DNA of 63,674 nt, filler included, from Octopus bimaculoides (GCF_001194135.2; 6 parts of 5 records of this genome joined end to end with filler, not necessarily neighbours in it), one strand, 5' to 3'. Positions 13,415 to 27,976 are shown, counted from the whole stretch's first letter. The notes: generated from the sequence alone by a model not told the origin. Numbers and translations are program-made.

Positions 13415-14296
13415 ATAGTGATCTGTATATCATATTTGAAGCATATATACTGCTGAACGTCTTCTAAACTGTGATTTGTGTTGAGAAAACATCTCTTATA
13501 ACTGTATAATGTTAAAAATCACAGTAATATATCAGCAACAGATGAAAATTGCTCTGCAGTGGCATAGGTGAATCCAGATTTATGGTTTCCATTACTAATA
13601 AGGAATTTTTATTCAGCCTGCCAGCTGAATGCAACATCAGTGACCATTTAATGACTGTTTAACTATATCTGCTTGCAACCAATTTTAGCTTAGCATGTGG
13701 TGTCAGTGGTTACTTGCCATTACAGTAACATAAACAAACCAACAGTGGTTGTTAATGCATGGCACAAAGACACACACATACAGATAACTGGTTTCCACAC
13801 AATTTCCATTTATGAAAATTCACTCACAAGACATTGGTTAGCCAAGGGCTATAGTAAAAGACACCTTCCCAAGGCTCCATGCAATGGGAGTGAACCCAAA
13901 GTTGGGTGGTGGCAAAAACAAGCTTCGTAGCTGCGCAACCGTGCCTACATCTATGTTCACTTTTCATTTATTTCTTAATAGTGCTGTCTATTATGAAGTG
14001 TCAAAAAGTTTTGTCATACTTCTGTAACCTGATCAATAACACATTTCTATAGCATCTCTGTATGTGCTTAAATGGTTGCAATCACAATTGTATGATGTTA
14101 TTGTTTTGATTCCAATACACAGTTTCAGATCAAGTCGCATGTTATTCCAGTACAATTTGGAGATCTTTATAAGTGATTATCTGTCTATGTTATTGACTGT
14201 CACTCTAATACTTTATCCATATTCTATACATATCATGTAGAGAGACTAACATCAATATATTGCATTTCACAGTAAGACATTACTTATTCATTGCAG

Positions 14297-14376
14297 AGAT
14301 GCTGGGTATTCTAGAATTTTCTCTACTCTATGATGCTGATAATAATGCTCTGAACTGCACTGTGGTTAGAGGAAAG
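14297..14376 (+). CDS. RPH3A: Rabphilin-3A/DOC2-family exon encoding the start of the C2A domain
   Basis: Acceptor ttattcattgcag and donor AAG|gtaagc. Translation (E)[26 protein letters not shown] matches rabphilin [26 protein letters not shown] from memory and ends just before the expected GLKPMD. DOC2-type cannot be excluded from one exon. Confidence 0.85.
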
Positions 14377-15469
14377 GTAAGCACTGAATGATTTTTCACA
14401 TATTATTTTAAAACTCTTCACATAAAGAATGGAGCTTATTCAAATAACGAAGTGAGTCTTTAGAACTGGTTGACTAATTGTAGTTTATGTTGGCATGAAA
14501 TGGGGTGGAAATATCAAAAGATATTTTGTTTGTATGCCATGAAATAAACACTGGATTAAATGGTTTGGATAGTGCATCATATTTTAAATAAACGTGTGTG
14601 TGTGTGTGTTTGTGAATATATAGATCACAAAATGTTAGGAGTTATGAGAGGTGAATATATTTATTTAATCTCTTGATATCCATGGGATTACTGCTGTTTC
14701 ACAGCCTTCATCATGTAATAACAATTTAAGTGTATAATAAATTATTTTACATGCCTGCACCAATATGCATGCTACACATTGCACAGTACTATTGTATATT
14801 TACAAATCAATGCAGATATAGAGGGCAGGCTCTTCAGATCATCAGAACATCATAGTTATACCATTCCTACAACTCTGGGTGTACATACAAAATTATCCTT
14901 TGTATACACAATGTATGGAAGACCAGTAGTTGATAAAATTAGATTGGTATGGTCATTAAAGAATACATATAAATAATAAATATATTTGTATGTTATCAAT
15001 TAAGATGCTGGATCTAGATTTAGGGAATTGACTATTCTTAATATAAACAAAAGACAGGAAGGAGATAGAAGAAGCCAATTAGTTTAGATTAAATAAAAAA
15101 ATATTTTGAGAGTGTTTAAAAATACGTGTAAAAAAATATATATATATATATAATATACAGAAATTCAGTAAATCCAGTAGGGAACAGACAGCTGGAAATA
15201 TAAAAATTAAACCAAGGGATAGTTTTCAACAACAGTTACTTTCAATTATGATTAAAAGGTCAAATGGCTTTCAAATGCATTCTATCTCAACAAACTGTAT
15301 TGAAGTCAGCACAGCTAGCTAAGGGCAGATGCATATAAGCATTTACATACTAAAAAAAAATAATAATAATAATAAAATCTGCACAAAGACACCCACGTAG
15401 TTGTATATTCATATTCCTATTAATGTACATACATATCACACAGAGACAAACATTAGTACATGCACAAAC

Positions 15470-15500
<31 letters not shown>

Positions 15501-15643
15501 AGTTATAAACATATATAACCAAATACATACAGAAGAACATATGCACAATATAAAAATATACACCTGCACAATGTAAAAAATAAGCACATACGAAAAAATG
15601 TACGAATAGTAATATAGACATATACATATAGGCATGCACGCAT

Positions 15644-15682
<39 letters not shown>

Positions 15683-15805
15683 TTACTGCATAGATACACT
15701 CTCAAATTGATAACACCTTTATAAGCACGTTCAACTGAACAAACACCCATAGACACAATATATATATACATACATATACAGAGACATACATACATATATA
15801 CTCAA

Positions 15806-16094
15806 TATGTATCCAATAGAAGATCCATTTTTCATCACCAGTCACAAGTCTATCCAAAAAGGGTGAAATAAATTCGTGAGAATGGAGAGAAGAGCAGATG
15901 TCAACTTGGGACTTGCAGTTGCTTTCGGACAATTCATGAGGCACCCATTTTCCAAGTTTAGGAACCTTTCCAAGTTGTTGAAGATGACGATTGTATGGTT
16001 TGAACTAAGCTTTATTGCCAATTCTTCAACTGATAATGCAGGATTTTCTTCAAGTAACGCCTCAAGGAGCTTATCATCAAACTTAACTGGACAC

Positions 16095-16095
<1 letters not shown>
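15806..16095 (-). mobile_element. Mariner transposase fragment, frameshifted
   Basis: KFDDKLLEALLEENPALSVEELAIKL followed by (W)VPHELSE...FLDRLVTGDEKWIFY. Confidence 0.9.
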
Positions 16096-16133
<38 letters not shown>

Positions 16134-16186
16134 CATACATTTCATCTGTCTTTACATTCTGAGTTCAAATATGTATATTTCATATA

Positions 16187-16286
16187 NNNNNNNNNNNNNN
16201 NNNNNNNNNNNNNNNNNNNNNNNNNNNNNNTTAATTAATTAANNNNNNNNNNNNNNNNNNNNNNNNNNNNNNNNNNNNNNNNNNNN
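16187..16286. other. Artificial scaffold-join spacer
   Basis: N44-TTAATTAATTAA-N44, with stops in all six frames. Confidence 0.95.
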
Positions 16287-16289
16287 AAA

Positions 16290-16590
16290 TAAGTACCAGT
16301 TACGCACTGGGGTAGACATAATCGACTTAATCCCTTTGTCTGTCCTTGTTTGTCCCCTCTATGTTTAGCCCCTTGTGGGAAATAAAGAAATAAAAAACGT
16401 TAACACGCAGGGCGAAATGCTTAGCAGTATTTCGTCTGTCTTAACGTTCTGAGTTCAAATTCCGCCGAGGTCGACTTTGCTTTCATCCTTTCGGGGTCGA
16501 TAAATTAAGTATCATTTGCGTACTGAGGTCGATTTAATCGACTGGCTCCTTCCAAAAAAAGTTCGGACCTTGTGCCTAGAGTAGAAAAGA
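16290..16590 (+). mobile_element. SINE family C, partial tail plus near-full copy
   Basis: Contains CGTTCTGAGTTCAAATTCCGCCGAGGTCGACTTTGC...GGGGTCGATAAATTAAGTA. Further copies at about 20690-21150 (minus) and 54360-54565. Confidence 0.75.
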
Positions 16591-17565
16591 ATATATATAT
16601 TACGACCGCTTACGCTCTGAATCAAATTCCACTGAGGTCAACTTTGACTTTAATACTTCCAAGCATGACATGGTAGAATATACTGTTGTTTCGCTAATTG
16701 CTTTTTTGATCACATGTGTAGTCGCAAAGCAGACACAGATATGTTTTCACTCTCTTACCTTTGACTCAGCAGAACATTCAGGATGTGACGTCTAAGATGG
16801 CTACGCCAGCACACGGTTGGTATTCGTTTTTATTTGAGCAGACTGTAACAACGAAAATATGGAATGAATTGCCCAAAGACACAACGCATAAGCCAATCAA
16901 AAAATTGAATCTACAAGCTTCTGATCATGCGTCCAGAGAAATTAAAAGAAACAAGCAGCGAGAATTAAATGTAGGACAAGTTCATCTTTTAAATGACTGC
17001 TTCGGAACATCATAAGCAGTAAAATTTGCATCTTAGCGTGGAGAATGGGCCACGATTTTGCAAGAATAGTTAAATAGAAAAATAAATATGCCAAGAATGG
17101 AAGGTCATAAATTGTGGAGAATCTATCAAAGATTAATGGTTAAAAAAATGAGAAATATGGAAATGTCAACGTCATATATTGAAATATGATTATTTTATCA
17201 TCAAATGTAAGAATATGAAATCGAATACAAGTTATTCCAGTCGCATAAATATATTACTGCAATACAACATCAGAGATTATCGTTAATAAAACCGCCATTA
17301 CAGAAAATGAAAGCTTTCCACATACATACAAACATATGCACACACATACACACACACATATATATACACGCACATTAGCACATACATAAATACATACATA
17401 TACATACATGTATATAAGTGTATGTGTGTGTGTGTGTGTTTGAGTGTGTGTATTTATTTATATATNNNNNNNNNNNNNNNNNNNNNNNNNNNNNNNNNNN
17501 NNNNNNNNNNNNNNNNNNNNNNNNNNNNNNNNNNNNNNNNNNNNNNNNNNNNNNNNNNNNNNNNN

Positions 17566-17603
<38 letters not shown>

Positions 17604-17829
17604 AACACACACATACATTATACATATATATATAAGCATAATTACTCACACAAGGTCATATATGTATGTATGTATGTATGCGTGTGTTTATATATATATA
17701 TATCTATATATATATATATATATATGAATGATTATACGTATCTATGTATGCAAATGTATATGTATGCATATTATATACACATATGCATTATCAGTATGTT
17801 TATTATGTGCATATACCCATGGCAAATAC

Positions 17830-18540
17830 ACATTTATAACAGAGCCGCCGGATAAAACAGCTATTAAAGTCACAATCGATATCAATATGGCCGAGTGTTT
17901 AGCTCGTCGCTGCGCCATGCCCGAGCAGGAGGCGGGGGGGACTGGGGTGGATGGAGCTAGAGACTGAGCGTACGGGTGTGGACTGGATGATAAAGGAATA
18001 TACTTGATACACTCAGAAGATTGGGCTGTCAAATCAAACATGGCGGGTAACTAAATATGGTGGCCGCAAAGAAGAAACGCGCGAAAATATGGAGAGACTG
18101 CAGAAGCTGGAGAAGCGACGAACGCTTTTTTTTCCAGTCTATCGGCTAAGTAATTAACAGAACAAACGGCATTCCCTCATCCACCATTACAATCGTTACC
18201 ACTACTACCACGGCAGACATTTCTATCACTACCCCTTCATATTTCCATCCCCGTTTTATATATTTATTTAGTTTTACTTTATTACATTATTATACGTATT
18301 GTATTGTGTTTATTATTATTATTTTTTTTNNNNNNNNNNCTTTTACTTTTTTTTTTTTTTGGTGAGTTGTATTTGTTTCTTCTTTCCCTGCAGTTTTGGA
18401 GGCAGAAAATAATTATGATGCTTCAGACACTGATTATAGAGTGCCAGCCGTTGCTAGCACGTTTCGAACGCCGAGCGATAACTCAATTAGACCAACTTCC
18501 GGCCAAATCCTGGAATAACGCTCTGGATTGTTAAAACTCA
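17830..18540. promoter_or_regulatory. CpG-rich promoter-like segment
   Basis: Local CpG/GC enrichment in an AT-rich background, with YY1-like AAACATGGCG (about 18037-18046) and ETS-like ACTTCCGG (about 18495-18502). No transcript evidence. Confidence 0.35.
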
Positions 18541-18615
18541 AAAGACAATAACAATAACAAAGAAAAAAAGAACACAACAACTATAACAATAGCAACAAAA
18601 ATTTGTAATAATAGC

Positions 18616-18656
<41 letters not shown>

Positions 18657-19625
18657 TGATGATGATGATTAGGGGGAAGACAACTACAGCTACAACAGCA
18701 ACACTAAAGCGGTGGGGAAATGATATAAAAGAAGAGGCGTTACGAAATGGAATACAAAATCAATGGTAATATTGTGAGTAAGGCGAAGGGGTATGGTTAG
18801 GGGTAGGTGGGAAATGGTTGTATGGTTGAATGGCATTTTTGTTGTGAAAGTACTGACTGGATTCTTTGAATAATCTATTTGCTAACCCTTTCGCTGTTCG
18901 ATCATCTGAAAACTGTTATATTAGATTAAGCTAATGACCCCGCCATTGACAATGAAAAACAAAAGCAGTAAAAATGAAGGAATATGAAAGAAGAAAAGAA
19001 AAAAAAAGAATTACAAAAAAAATTAAAATCTAAGAAGACAAAAAAAAGAAAATAATGACAGGAAAATAGCGGAGACGAACCTGAATATTATTTGCTTTTT
19101 ACAAACATATTGTTTGAATTTCATATATAATACTTCAGACTTCGATCAGTTATGTTGATGATCAGAATGTGATTCGATTTTACAGTTATGTTTAACGTTT
19201 TTATTATAACTAATATCATTTCTCATATAATTATTATTATTACCATTATTATTGGAGAACAGAATATTCGAAGTATTGGAGAGTTAGCGGATTATCAAAA
19301 ATGGCACAAAACAATATAAACATTCATACGTGTGTATATGCATGCATAGGCACATTCACATTCTCCTGGTAGCATTTGCATGTGTAAGTTGTTTGCAAAA
19401 CATACACACATACATACACACATAAACACACATAAACGCATACATGTATGCATACATACATACATACATACATACATACGTACGTACGTAAGCATATTTA
19501 TTCCAGCACTTTTAATGACTTATTCACCCCACTTACTATTGAAGCGATCGTAACCGGAACGAAATATAATACCAGTGTCTTCACTATTTTATTAGTTCCA
19601 CACAGACGTGTGCGCGAAACCCCCA

Positions 19626-19663
<38 letters not shown>

Positions 19664-20689
19664 ATGCATATGTGTATGTGTAGTTTTGTGAAAAATAGAA
19701 GTTGTTCACTTCATCAGATGCTCGGAATGAACGTCGAGAGTGTTGATTGACAGTTTAAAAGAAAATAATTGTTGTCGCTTTATTAGCATTACAAGCATGT
19801 GATCCGAATTAGCCATTAGAAGCCGAAACATCTAGAAGCCACTTATAATTTCTTTTAGACTCTTCAATATTTGTACAATTAAATTACCTTGCACCACATT
19901 CTGAATTCCAGCCCCGCATAAGACAGTTTCTCCTTTCATTCCCTCAGGGTAGATAAAATAAATACCTGTCATGTACTGGGTGCGATGGTATAGACTAAAC
20001 TCCACTGGCTTTGTGCTTTTATTGTCATCAACTCATCAACATCATCATAATATATATTGTGAAAGAGAGCGGAGGAGGGCGGGGGAAAAAAGGGGACATG
20101 TATGGACTGTTTCTAAACGTGAGCGGAAAAAAAAGAGGAAATGTAGTCACTGTTTCTAAACACGAGCGAAATGGTTATGGTAAAGTACCTCAAGGGAGTT
20201 TTCTGCCTATTAAACAAAAATACGGTTATATTACGCCAAAATTTCAATTAAATAGAAATATCACCTCCTCGTTGTCTTTAGATTTTAAACACTCCTTCAG
20301 GGAGTTTTTGTTTACTAATTGCTTTGATAATCTCAATTAGACGAAGTTTTTCAACTGTCTATATTGCATTTCGAAGACCCTACGGTATACATCTATTTAT
20401 AATCCGTTTTTCTTTCTTTGCTTTTTTTTTGTTTTGTTTTTTGTTTTTCAAATCCCATCGGAAACTACTTTGCTTTTCATCTGCCTTGAAGTGATATTAA
20501 TTACCACTCAAAAGGGGTTGATTCAATGGACCCTTTTATGGTGCTTGTTGTCACTCCTGGGGCGGTGGTTGAACACAAAGTCGACCACGCAGTGATTTGA
20601 AATGGAAAAGGCAAAGTGATATCATAATTTTACCGAGCCGTGTCCTAATACTTATTACTTCGTTTAAATATTACTTTCAAATTGTGCAC

Positions 20690-21150
20690 AAGGCCGGCAA
20701 TTTGGGGAGAGCCTTAAGTCAATTACTTTGATCCCAGTACTTGATTGGTACTTATTTTATCGATCCCGAAAGAATGAACGCCAAAGTCAATCTCGGCGGA
20801 ATTTGAACTCAGAGCTTACAGACGGAAGAAACACCGCTAAGCATTTTGTCCGGCGCGCTAACGATTCTGCTAGATCGCCGCTTTTACCTTGTTCTGATAT
20901 TGGTTTCAAATTTTTGCATGCAGACAGCAATTTCGGTAAGAGGCTTAAATCGATTAATTCAACCACAGTGCACAAGTGGTACTTGTTCTATCGACCCTGA
21001 GAAGATGAAAGGCAAAATCGACTTCTGCGGAATTTGAACTCAGAACATACAAACGGGAAAACTGCCGCTAAGCATTTTACCCGGCGTGTTAACTATTCTG
21101 TCCTAATACTAAAATACATTTATGACGGCGGTAAGCTGGCAGAATTGTTA
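20690..21150 (-). mobile_element. Tandem copies of SINE family C
   Basis: Two stacked reverse-complement copies of the 16380-16590 repeat. Confidence 0.75.
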
Positions 21151-21293
21151 GCACGCCAGACAAAGTATTTAGCGACATTTTGTCTACCGACCAATGCCTT
21201 GTGAATCGATTTTCATGAGAGAAACTGTAGAAATACCTATTTATGTATGTATGTATGTATGTATGTATGTATGTATGTATGTATGTATGCATG

Positions 21294-21329
<36 letters not shown>

Positions 21330-21357
21330 CATCTATCTATCTACCTATCTCTCTCTC

Positions 21358-21400
<43 letters not shown>

Positions 21401-21466
21401 ATTATTTATGTATATNNNNNNNNNNNNNNNNNNNNNNNNNNNNNNNNNNNNNNNNNNNNNNNNNNN

Positions 21467-21523
<57 letters not shown>

Positions 21524-21695
21524 GTATGTGTGTGTGTGTATGTATTATGTATGTATATATATGTGTATATATATCTATATATATATGGGCACGCTAGCTA
21601 GTTAAGAAAATATTTGTAAGAGATAAAAGCTGCATTTATACTGAGAATTAATGTTTAATCGCTCTTAAACACGGAACCGAATAACCTCTTCAAGC

Positions 21696-22307
21696 TGGTT
21701 ATTCAGTGCACTCTGCACTCGATATATATCTTGCAAGCAGGTGAGAAACTATTTCATCCCCGTGACCACCAGACCGTACGGTTTCGACCTCTTTATGATC
21801 ATCCTCAATGATGGATGCTCGTCCACTAGACATTGCAGTAGTTAGTTCATCCAGTTCACAATATATAGAAAATAAGTGACATAGAGTCATTGGTCTTGCA
21901 ACAAGCACACTAGCTAGTTAAGAAAATCTCTACTAAACATTAAAACAGTATTTATACCGGGAAATAATGCTTATCGCCACCTAAACATGGGTGTTCCCTA
22001 GGAACTGACCATAGTGCTATTTTAACCAATACTGCTATTTTAACGGAGATGTACTTGCATAGCAAGCGACCTGATCTGAGATCGTGTGCTAGAACGAAAA
22101 CAATTGCAGCACAGAATTTTGTCAGTGAGCAGGTCGCGGTCTCAAAGCGACGAAAATATTTTGACAAATTAAATTTAAATGTTGAAGTGAATCTAACGGT
22201 TTTTTGTGTGTTTCTTAAATGGCTTATAAACACCTTCCACGCTGCATTTGTTTACGATTTTAACGTTTTTGCAATATATATCGGGTGCAGAGTGCACTGA
22301 ATAACCA
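21696..22307. mobile_element. Non-autonomous DNA transposon remnant with 34-bp inverted repeats
   Basis: 21696-21729 and 22274-22307 are reverse complements with one mismatch. The interior has a weak mariner-like minus-strand stretch (MSSGRASIIEDDHKEV). Confidence 0.55.
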
Positions 22308-22332
22308 AACTGGAGGAGGCGTTAAACATTAC

Positions 22333-22366
<34 letters not shown>

Positions 22367-24691
22367 NNNNNNNNNNNNNNNNNNNNNNNNNNNNNNNNNN
22401 NNNNNNNNNNNNNNNNNNNNNNNNNNNNNNNNNNNNNNNNNNNNNNNNNNNNNNNNNNNNNNNNNNNNNNNNNNNNNNNNNNNNNNNNNNNNNNNNNNNN
22501 NNNNNNNNNNNNNNNNNNNNNNNNNNNNNNNNNNNNNNNNNNNNNNNNNNNNNNNNNNNNNNNNNNNNNNNNNNNNNNNNNNNNNNNNNNNNNNNNNNNN
22601 NNNNNNNNNNNNNNNNNNNNNNNNNNNNNNNNNNNNNNNNNNNNNNNNNNNNNNNNNNNNNNNNNNNNNNNNNNNNNNNNNNNNNNNNNNNNNNNNNNNN
22701 NNNNNNNNNNNNNNNNNNNNNNNNNNNNNNNNNNNNNNNNNNNNNNNNNNNNNNNNNNNNNNNNNNNNNNNNNNNNNNNNNNNNNNNNNNNNNNNNNNNN
22801 NNNNNNNNNNNNNNNNNNNNNNNNNNNNNNNNNNNNNNNNNNNNNNNNNNNNNNNNNNNNNNNNNNNNNNNNNNNNNNNNNNNNNNNNNNNNNNNNNNNN
22901 NNNNNNNNNNNNNNNNNNNNNNNNNNNNNNNNNNNNNNNNNNNNNNNNNNNNNNNNNNNNNNNNNNNNNNNNNNNNNNNNNNNNNNNNNNNNNNNNNNNN
23001 NNNNNNNNNNNNNNNNNNNNNNNNNNNNNNNNNNNNNNNNNNNNNNNNNNNNNNNNNNNNNNNNNNNNNNNNNNNNNNNNNNNNNNNNNNNNNNNNNNNN
23101 NNNNNNNNNNNNNNNNNNNNNNNNNNNNNNNNNNNNNNNNNNNNNNNNNNNNNNNNNNNNNNNNNNNNNNNNNNNNNNNNNNNNNNNNNNNNNNNNNNNN
23201 NNNNNNNNNNNNNNNNNNNNNNNNNNNNNNNNNNNNNNNNNNNNNNNNNNNNNNNNNNNNTATATATATATATATGCTTGTATGTAAATATCATCATTGT
23301 AATTTTAGGTTATTGTTTTCGAAACCAAAAAAAAAATCGTTATTTAATACACTTTTTTTGCATAATTTAACAAAAATATTAATTTTTAATCTTTCTTTCT
23401 ATTATTTTGACAATATATTTTCCCCCCTTTTAACTTTGCTGAAATATAACGTGGATATAATATAAGGTAGAAAAACTGTAATTTTATTAGATATAGGAGA
23501 AAAATAAAGAACTTGATTATATTTGCAGACGATATATAAGGCCTATATATATATGCATGTGTGTAGGCGTGTATGTATATATGAAATAAATTCACATATA
23601 CATACATGCATGCATATATACATATATATATAGAGAGAGAGATACATATATATGTATGTATGTATGTATGTATGGATGGATGGATGGATGTATGGANNNN
23701 NNNNNNCCGGTACCATGTGGTTGGTAAGCAAGCTACTTACCACACAGCCACTCCTAATTACCATCATCATCCTCTAACGTCTGTATTCCATGCTGCCATG
23801 GGTTGGACGGTTTGATAGGATCCGATATGTTCAAGATCGGCATCATGCATCAAAGTTTTTTTTTTTTTCTTGGTATGGTTTCTATGGCTGGATGCTCTAC
23901 CAGACTGCAAGCGCTTCGCAATGTAAACTGGGCGCATTTTTCGTGTCACCTGCACAATTGAGGTCACTAAAAAGTTTGTTGCTTGTCAGCTCTATGCTAG
24001 GGGACGAAGTGATTGATTTAAAAGAAATGGAGCTCAGCAGTATAGATTCTTGAAGAGGGTCTGCATGGCAACTCACACCTAGTGAGGGAAAGGGCGAGAT
24101 AAAGAGTAAGCGAACAGTAAGGCCAGCAAGATATAGTCAATGCTAATTAATGAGACGTCTAGGGGTTTCCACAAATTACCAGGTGACTTGAAGTATTACT
24201 AGTAAAGACTATATTGGGAAGGAGAAAGAGAGGATGGGAAGACAGTCTGCCAAAGTGGGTACGGTTGAAAGGTTGATGGGAAAGAAGCCACTTGTTGGGG
24301 GAGATAGAGGGAGGCAGGAGTGAGTGGGGCGGCACAAAACAAGAATGATAAAGACCATACAGTTATCAAGGGTGGGGACTGAAGAGAGAGATGTCATAAT
24401 TGTATAGTCAGCAGGAGCCGGTGGGAGAAGAAGCAGGTCTAATGCATAGGAGGGGGTACGTCACTGCAACGTGGGTGTATGTATGTATGTATNNNNNNNN
24501 NNNNNNNNNNNNNNNNNNNNNNNNNNNNNNNNNNNNNNNNNNNNNNNNNNNNNNNNNNNNNNNNNNNNNNNNNNNNNNNNNNNNNNNNNNNNNNNNNNNN
24601 NNNNNNNNNNNNNNNNNNNNNNNNNNNNNNNNNNNNNNNNNNNNNNNNNNNATATACATATACACATACATACACAAACACAGAAACACAG

Positions 24692-24726
<35 letters not shown>

Positions 24727-25942
24727 CATACACATATAGTAGAAGAAAACACCGAGTGCTCCATTTCTCGTCCGGCTGCAATCATCAGCCGAGTGCCGCG
24801 CTTCGACAAGATTTTGGCCCATTAAGCTCAGTATCTCTCCACACAGTGGGCCCGCAAAAGCTTTCTCTCAACACTTCTTGATGGTCTTTCCATAATCACT
24901 AATCATCTCTCCCAGCAATCGGACTTTCATGTTTGGATTACCTTTGACCGTGCAGAAAGCCGCAGACAAATCCTCGTCCATTGTAGATCACCCTTTATCA
25001 GAGACACGAGGCCACTTTATCACTCGCCAGCCAGAAGCTGGAACTGTTGTAGGGGGTCTGTGGGACCCTGTGGTGTGTGTCCTGGTCCCAGTACTCTAAC
25101 GACTTATCGGCATTCACCGAGCGATTATTAGTTACTACCTTCAAGCCACACTTCATCTTTGTTTGATGGATCTTCCTTCCTTTCAAACTAAATACCTGTT
25201 GCGAAGCATTACTAGATTTGCCAAACCTTTCTCTTGGAAACATATAACGCTTGTCAATACACTGATCAGAGAGAAATTTATCAAGTGTTCTTTTGTTCTA
25301 GCTCTCAGTGTTCTATAATCAAAAACTTACAGCAAAAAATACATTGCGGACGATTTCGAGATGAAACCGGTAAACTTATAAAACCATATTACACAGACAC
25401 TTCATTATAATCTTGATTGTGTATCATTATACTCCACATTATAGCTCATAAAAAAATACTGAGAGGAGAAAAATAAAATGGGCGATTTATATTATTTATA
25501 ACAAAAAAGTCCACCGATAAGAAAATGGTTTTATAAGTAAATAGATGATGTTTGCTTATTTATTATGCTACAAGATTCTAAATCAGGGATTTACTCATTA
25601 TTGTGAATCTGATAGTTCATTAGCCAACAGGGGTAATTTGCTCTGAGGCTGGTAAACACTGATATAATTATTTTACTCACCTCTCCACCACAGTCTTCTC
25701 TCTCACACTCTGCACATTATATATATAATTAGATAGATACATACGTACACACATACATACATACATACATACATACATACATACATACATACATACATAC
25801 ATACATACATACATACATAAAACCGTCCTTCCATACAGATCTGTGTTAATCAGCATACTTTGAAAATATTTTTTTATATAATTAATAAAATATAATTTAC
25901 GAATATTGTGACTGTACCAAATAACATTTATAAAAACATTTT

Positions 25943-26003
<61 letters not shown>

Positions 26004-26013
26004 NNNNNNNNNN

Positions 26014-26062
<49 letters not shown>

Positions 26063-26342
26063 TATATACACATATATATAATAGAGTATATTTGTAAAAT
26101 TTATAAATACACACACATGCATACACACTTATACACATATTCACACATACACACTCAAACACACACTCAAACACACAGTCACACATACACACACACACAC
26201 ACACATGCACCCATTCTCTTATTTTTTCCTGTATATATATCCTTGCTCCGTCACTCTGTTCCTCTCCTATTGTAATTATATCGTCCCTTTCTTCTCTCCC
26301 CTGATCTTTCTCTATCTCTTCACATGCTTATGTGTACATGTC

Positions 26343-26405
<63 letters not shown>

Positions 26406-26553
26406 TTGTATATTTGTATCTATGTGTGTGTGTGTGTGTTTGGGTGTATCTATTTATCTATCCATCTCTTTCTATCTATTCTATATATATTTATATATGT
26501 GCGTGTGTATGTAATATATATATATGTATGTATGTATGCATGTATTTATATAT

Positions 26554-26653
26554 NNNNNNNNNNNNNNNNNNNNNNNNNNNNNNNNNNNNNNNNNNNNTTA
26601 ATTAATTAANNNNNNNNNNNNNNNNNNNNNNNNNNNNNNNNNNNNNNNNNNNN
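26554..26653. other. Artificial scaffold-join spacer
   Basis: N44-TTAATTAATTAA-N44. Confidence 0.95.
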
Positions 26654-26841
26654 TTTATGAACTGTAACCATCTACATTTTTTGTTTAACAAAATCCAGAA
26701 AAATCTTTACCACCAAATCTTATAAATTCCTCAACTTCGCATATGGAAATCGAGTTGAGTTTTTTTAGACATTATAAAGAAAAAAAGCGCGTCATATATA
26801 ACATGAAGTGTTGTACAATATTAAACGCTGTGATAAATTAC

Positions 26842-26931
26842 CGTAAGTGTTGACGAGGGAGTTATTACGAAACAGCCACCGACATCGATTCCATGAGATT
26901 CAGTCGTTAGTCGATTTAGGAAAACTAATAT
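26842..26931 (-). CDS. Gustatory-receptor-like (GRL) paralog A, penultimate exon
   Basis: Acceptor tctctttttctgtattacag and donor ACG|gtaatt. The 90-nt phase 0-0 exon reads ILVFLNRLTTESHGIDVGGCFVITPSSTLT. The final exon would fall beyond the contig end at 26654. Confidence 0.8.
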
Positions 26932-27976
26932 CTGTAATACAGAAAAAGAGAGACAACATGAACGGGGATTGTGTAAAAAGAAACGTTTACCTTGTCTGTG
27001 GCTGCACAGAATGCACATTTGTTGAATAAATTTCAACGATGGTAACTTGCGTTGATGCACAAATAATTTGCGAATACCAGCACATGGACATGTTTACCTG
27101 AACAAACGCGGGAATATGGATTAACTGCCAGTTTTTATTTAGTCAACACTATCCTATCAATAATTCACAAATCCGGACTCAGTGTTTTGTTTCTCGAAGC
27201 AATAGATATCGCCTTCCGTCTATTAGTGTTTGTATTACCCAGCTATCATGGGCTTAAAAAGAGACTTATATGGAAAGTATCTCGTCATACATCAAAGCGA
27301 TCACACGACGTTTGCATTCGTTGATTCAACAAAAAACCATCAGATTAGAAAATTACTCAGAGGACGAGATTTTATGAAAATAAATACCTATGTTAACGTT
27401 AGCAATTAACGGTTATGTCATTTTCATCAAGAATTATCCTTCTAATTTTTATATAATGCAACGTGAAATAATTTTATAAGATATATATTCATATGGCTTA
27501 TAGACTTTTATAGGATATCAGTTTATGGCTGATTTAGTGAAATTCTAATGTGTTTACTAAAATTTACTAAAACCTGCTACGCGCATTATGAAACCACGAA
27601 AGAAACGTTTANNNNNNNNNNACACACACACACACATATGCATATATACATTTCATATAAATACATATGTGTGTGCAATCATGTATGAAGCCATTTATTC
27701 TTATATATTAAACGGGAAAACAATAAGAATTAGAAGAAATATTGGCGCAAGGTTCGGGAGTTTCGTTGATTACACCGACACTATTGCTTGAATGGTAATT
27801 ATTTTATCTACCCCAAAAGGATGAAAGGCAAAGACAATGCGGGTGGCATTTCAACTCAAATAAAGGCATGAAATCGTGCTAAACATTTTGCCCTGCGTAG
27901 AAACAGCCTTCTTTTAAAGAGATATATCAAAAATATATATTAAAAGTAAGACGACGAGATCATAAAGTTTGCTTAC

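Noticed and set aside
16231-16242. Recurrent TTAATTAATTAA as a biological motif or CRISPR-like repeat
   Set aside because: Always centred in exactly 44+44 Ns, so it is an assembly linker.
16761-17015. 84-aa + strand ORF containing KIWNELP
   Set aside because: No recognisable domain, and only weak resemblance to a LINE C-terminus.
18394-18534. Possible + strand terminal exon after a strong acceptor
   Set aside because: Two frames are open but neither resembles the expected continuation of the C2A domain or any protein I recognise.
22285-23465. Long ORF-track entries spanning N runs or microsatellites (also 38125-38898, 50030-50642, 51258-51951 and others)
   Set aside because: Artefacts of N gaps and simple repeats.
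26991-27097. Possible extra GRL exon with AG/GT ends
   Set aside because: Its open frame ends in phase 2 and would hit a stop in the next exon. In arm 2 the acceptor is deleted and a MITE is inserted there.
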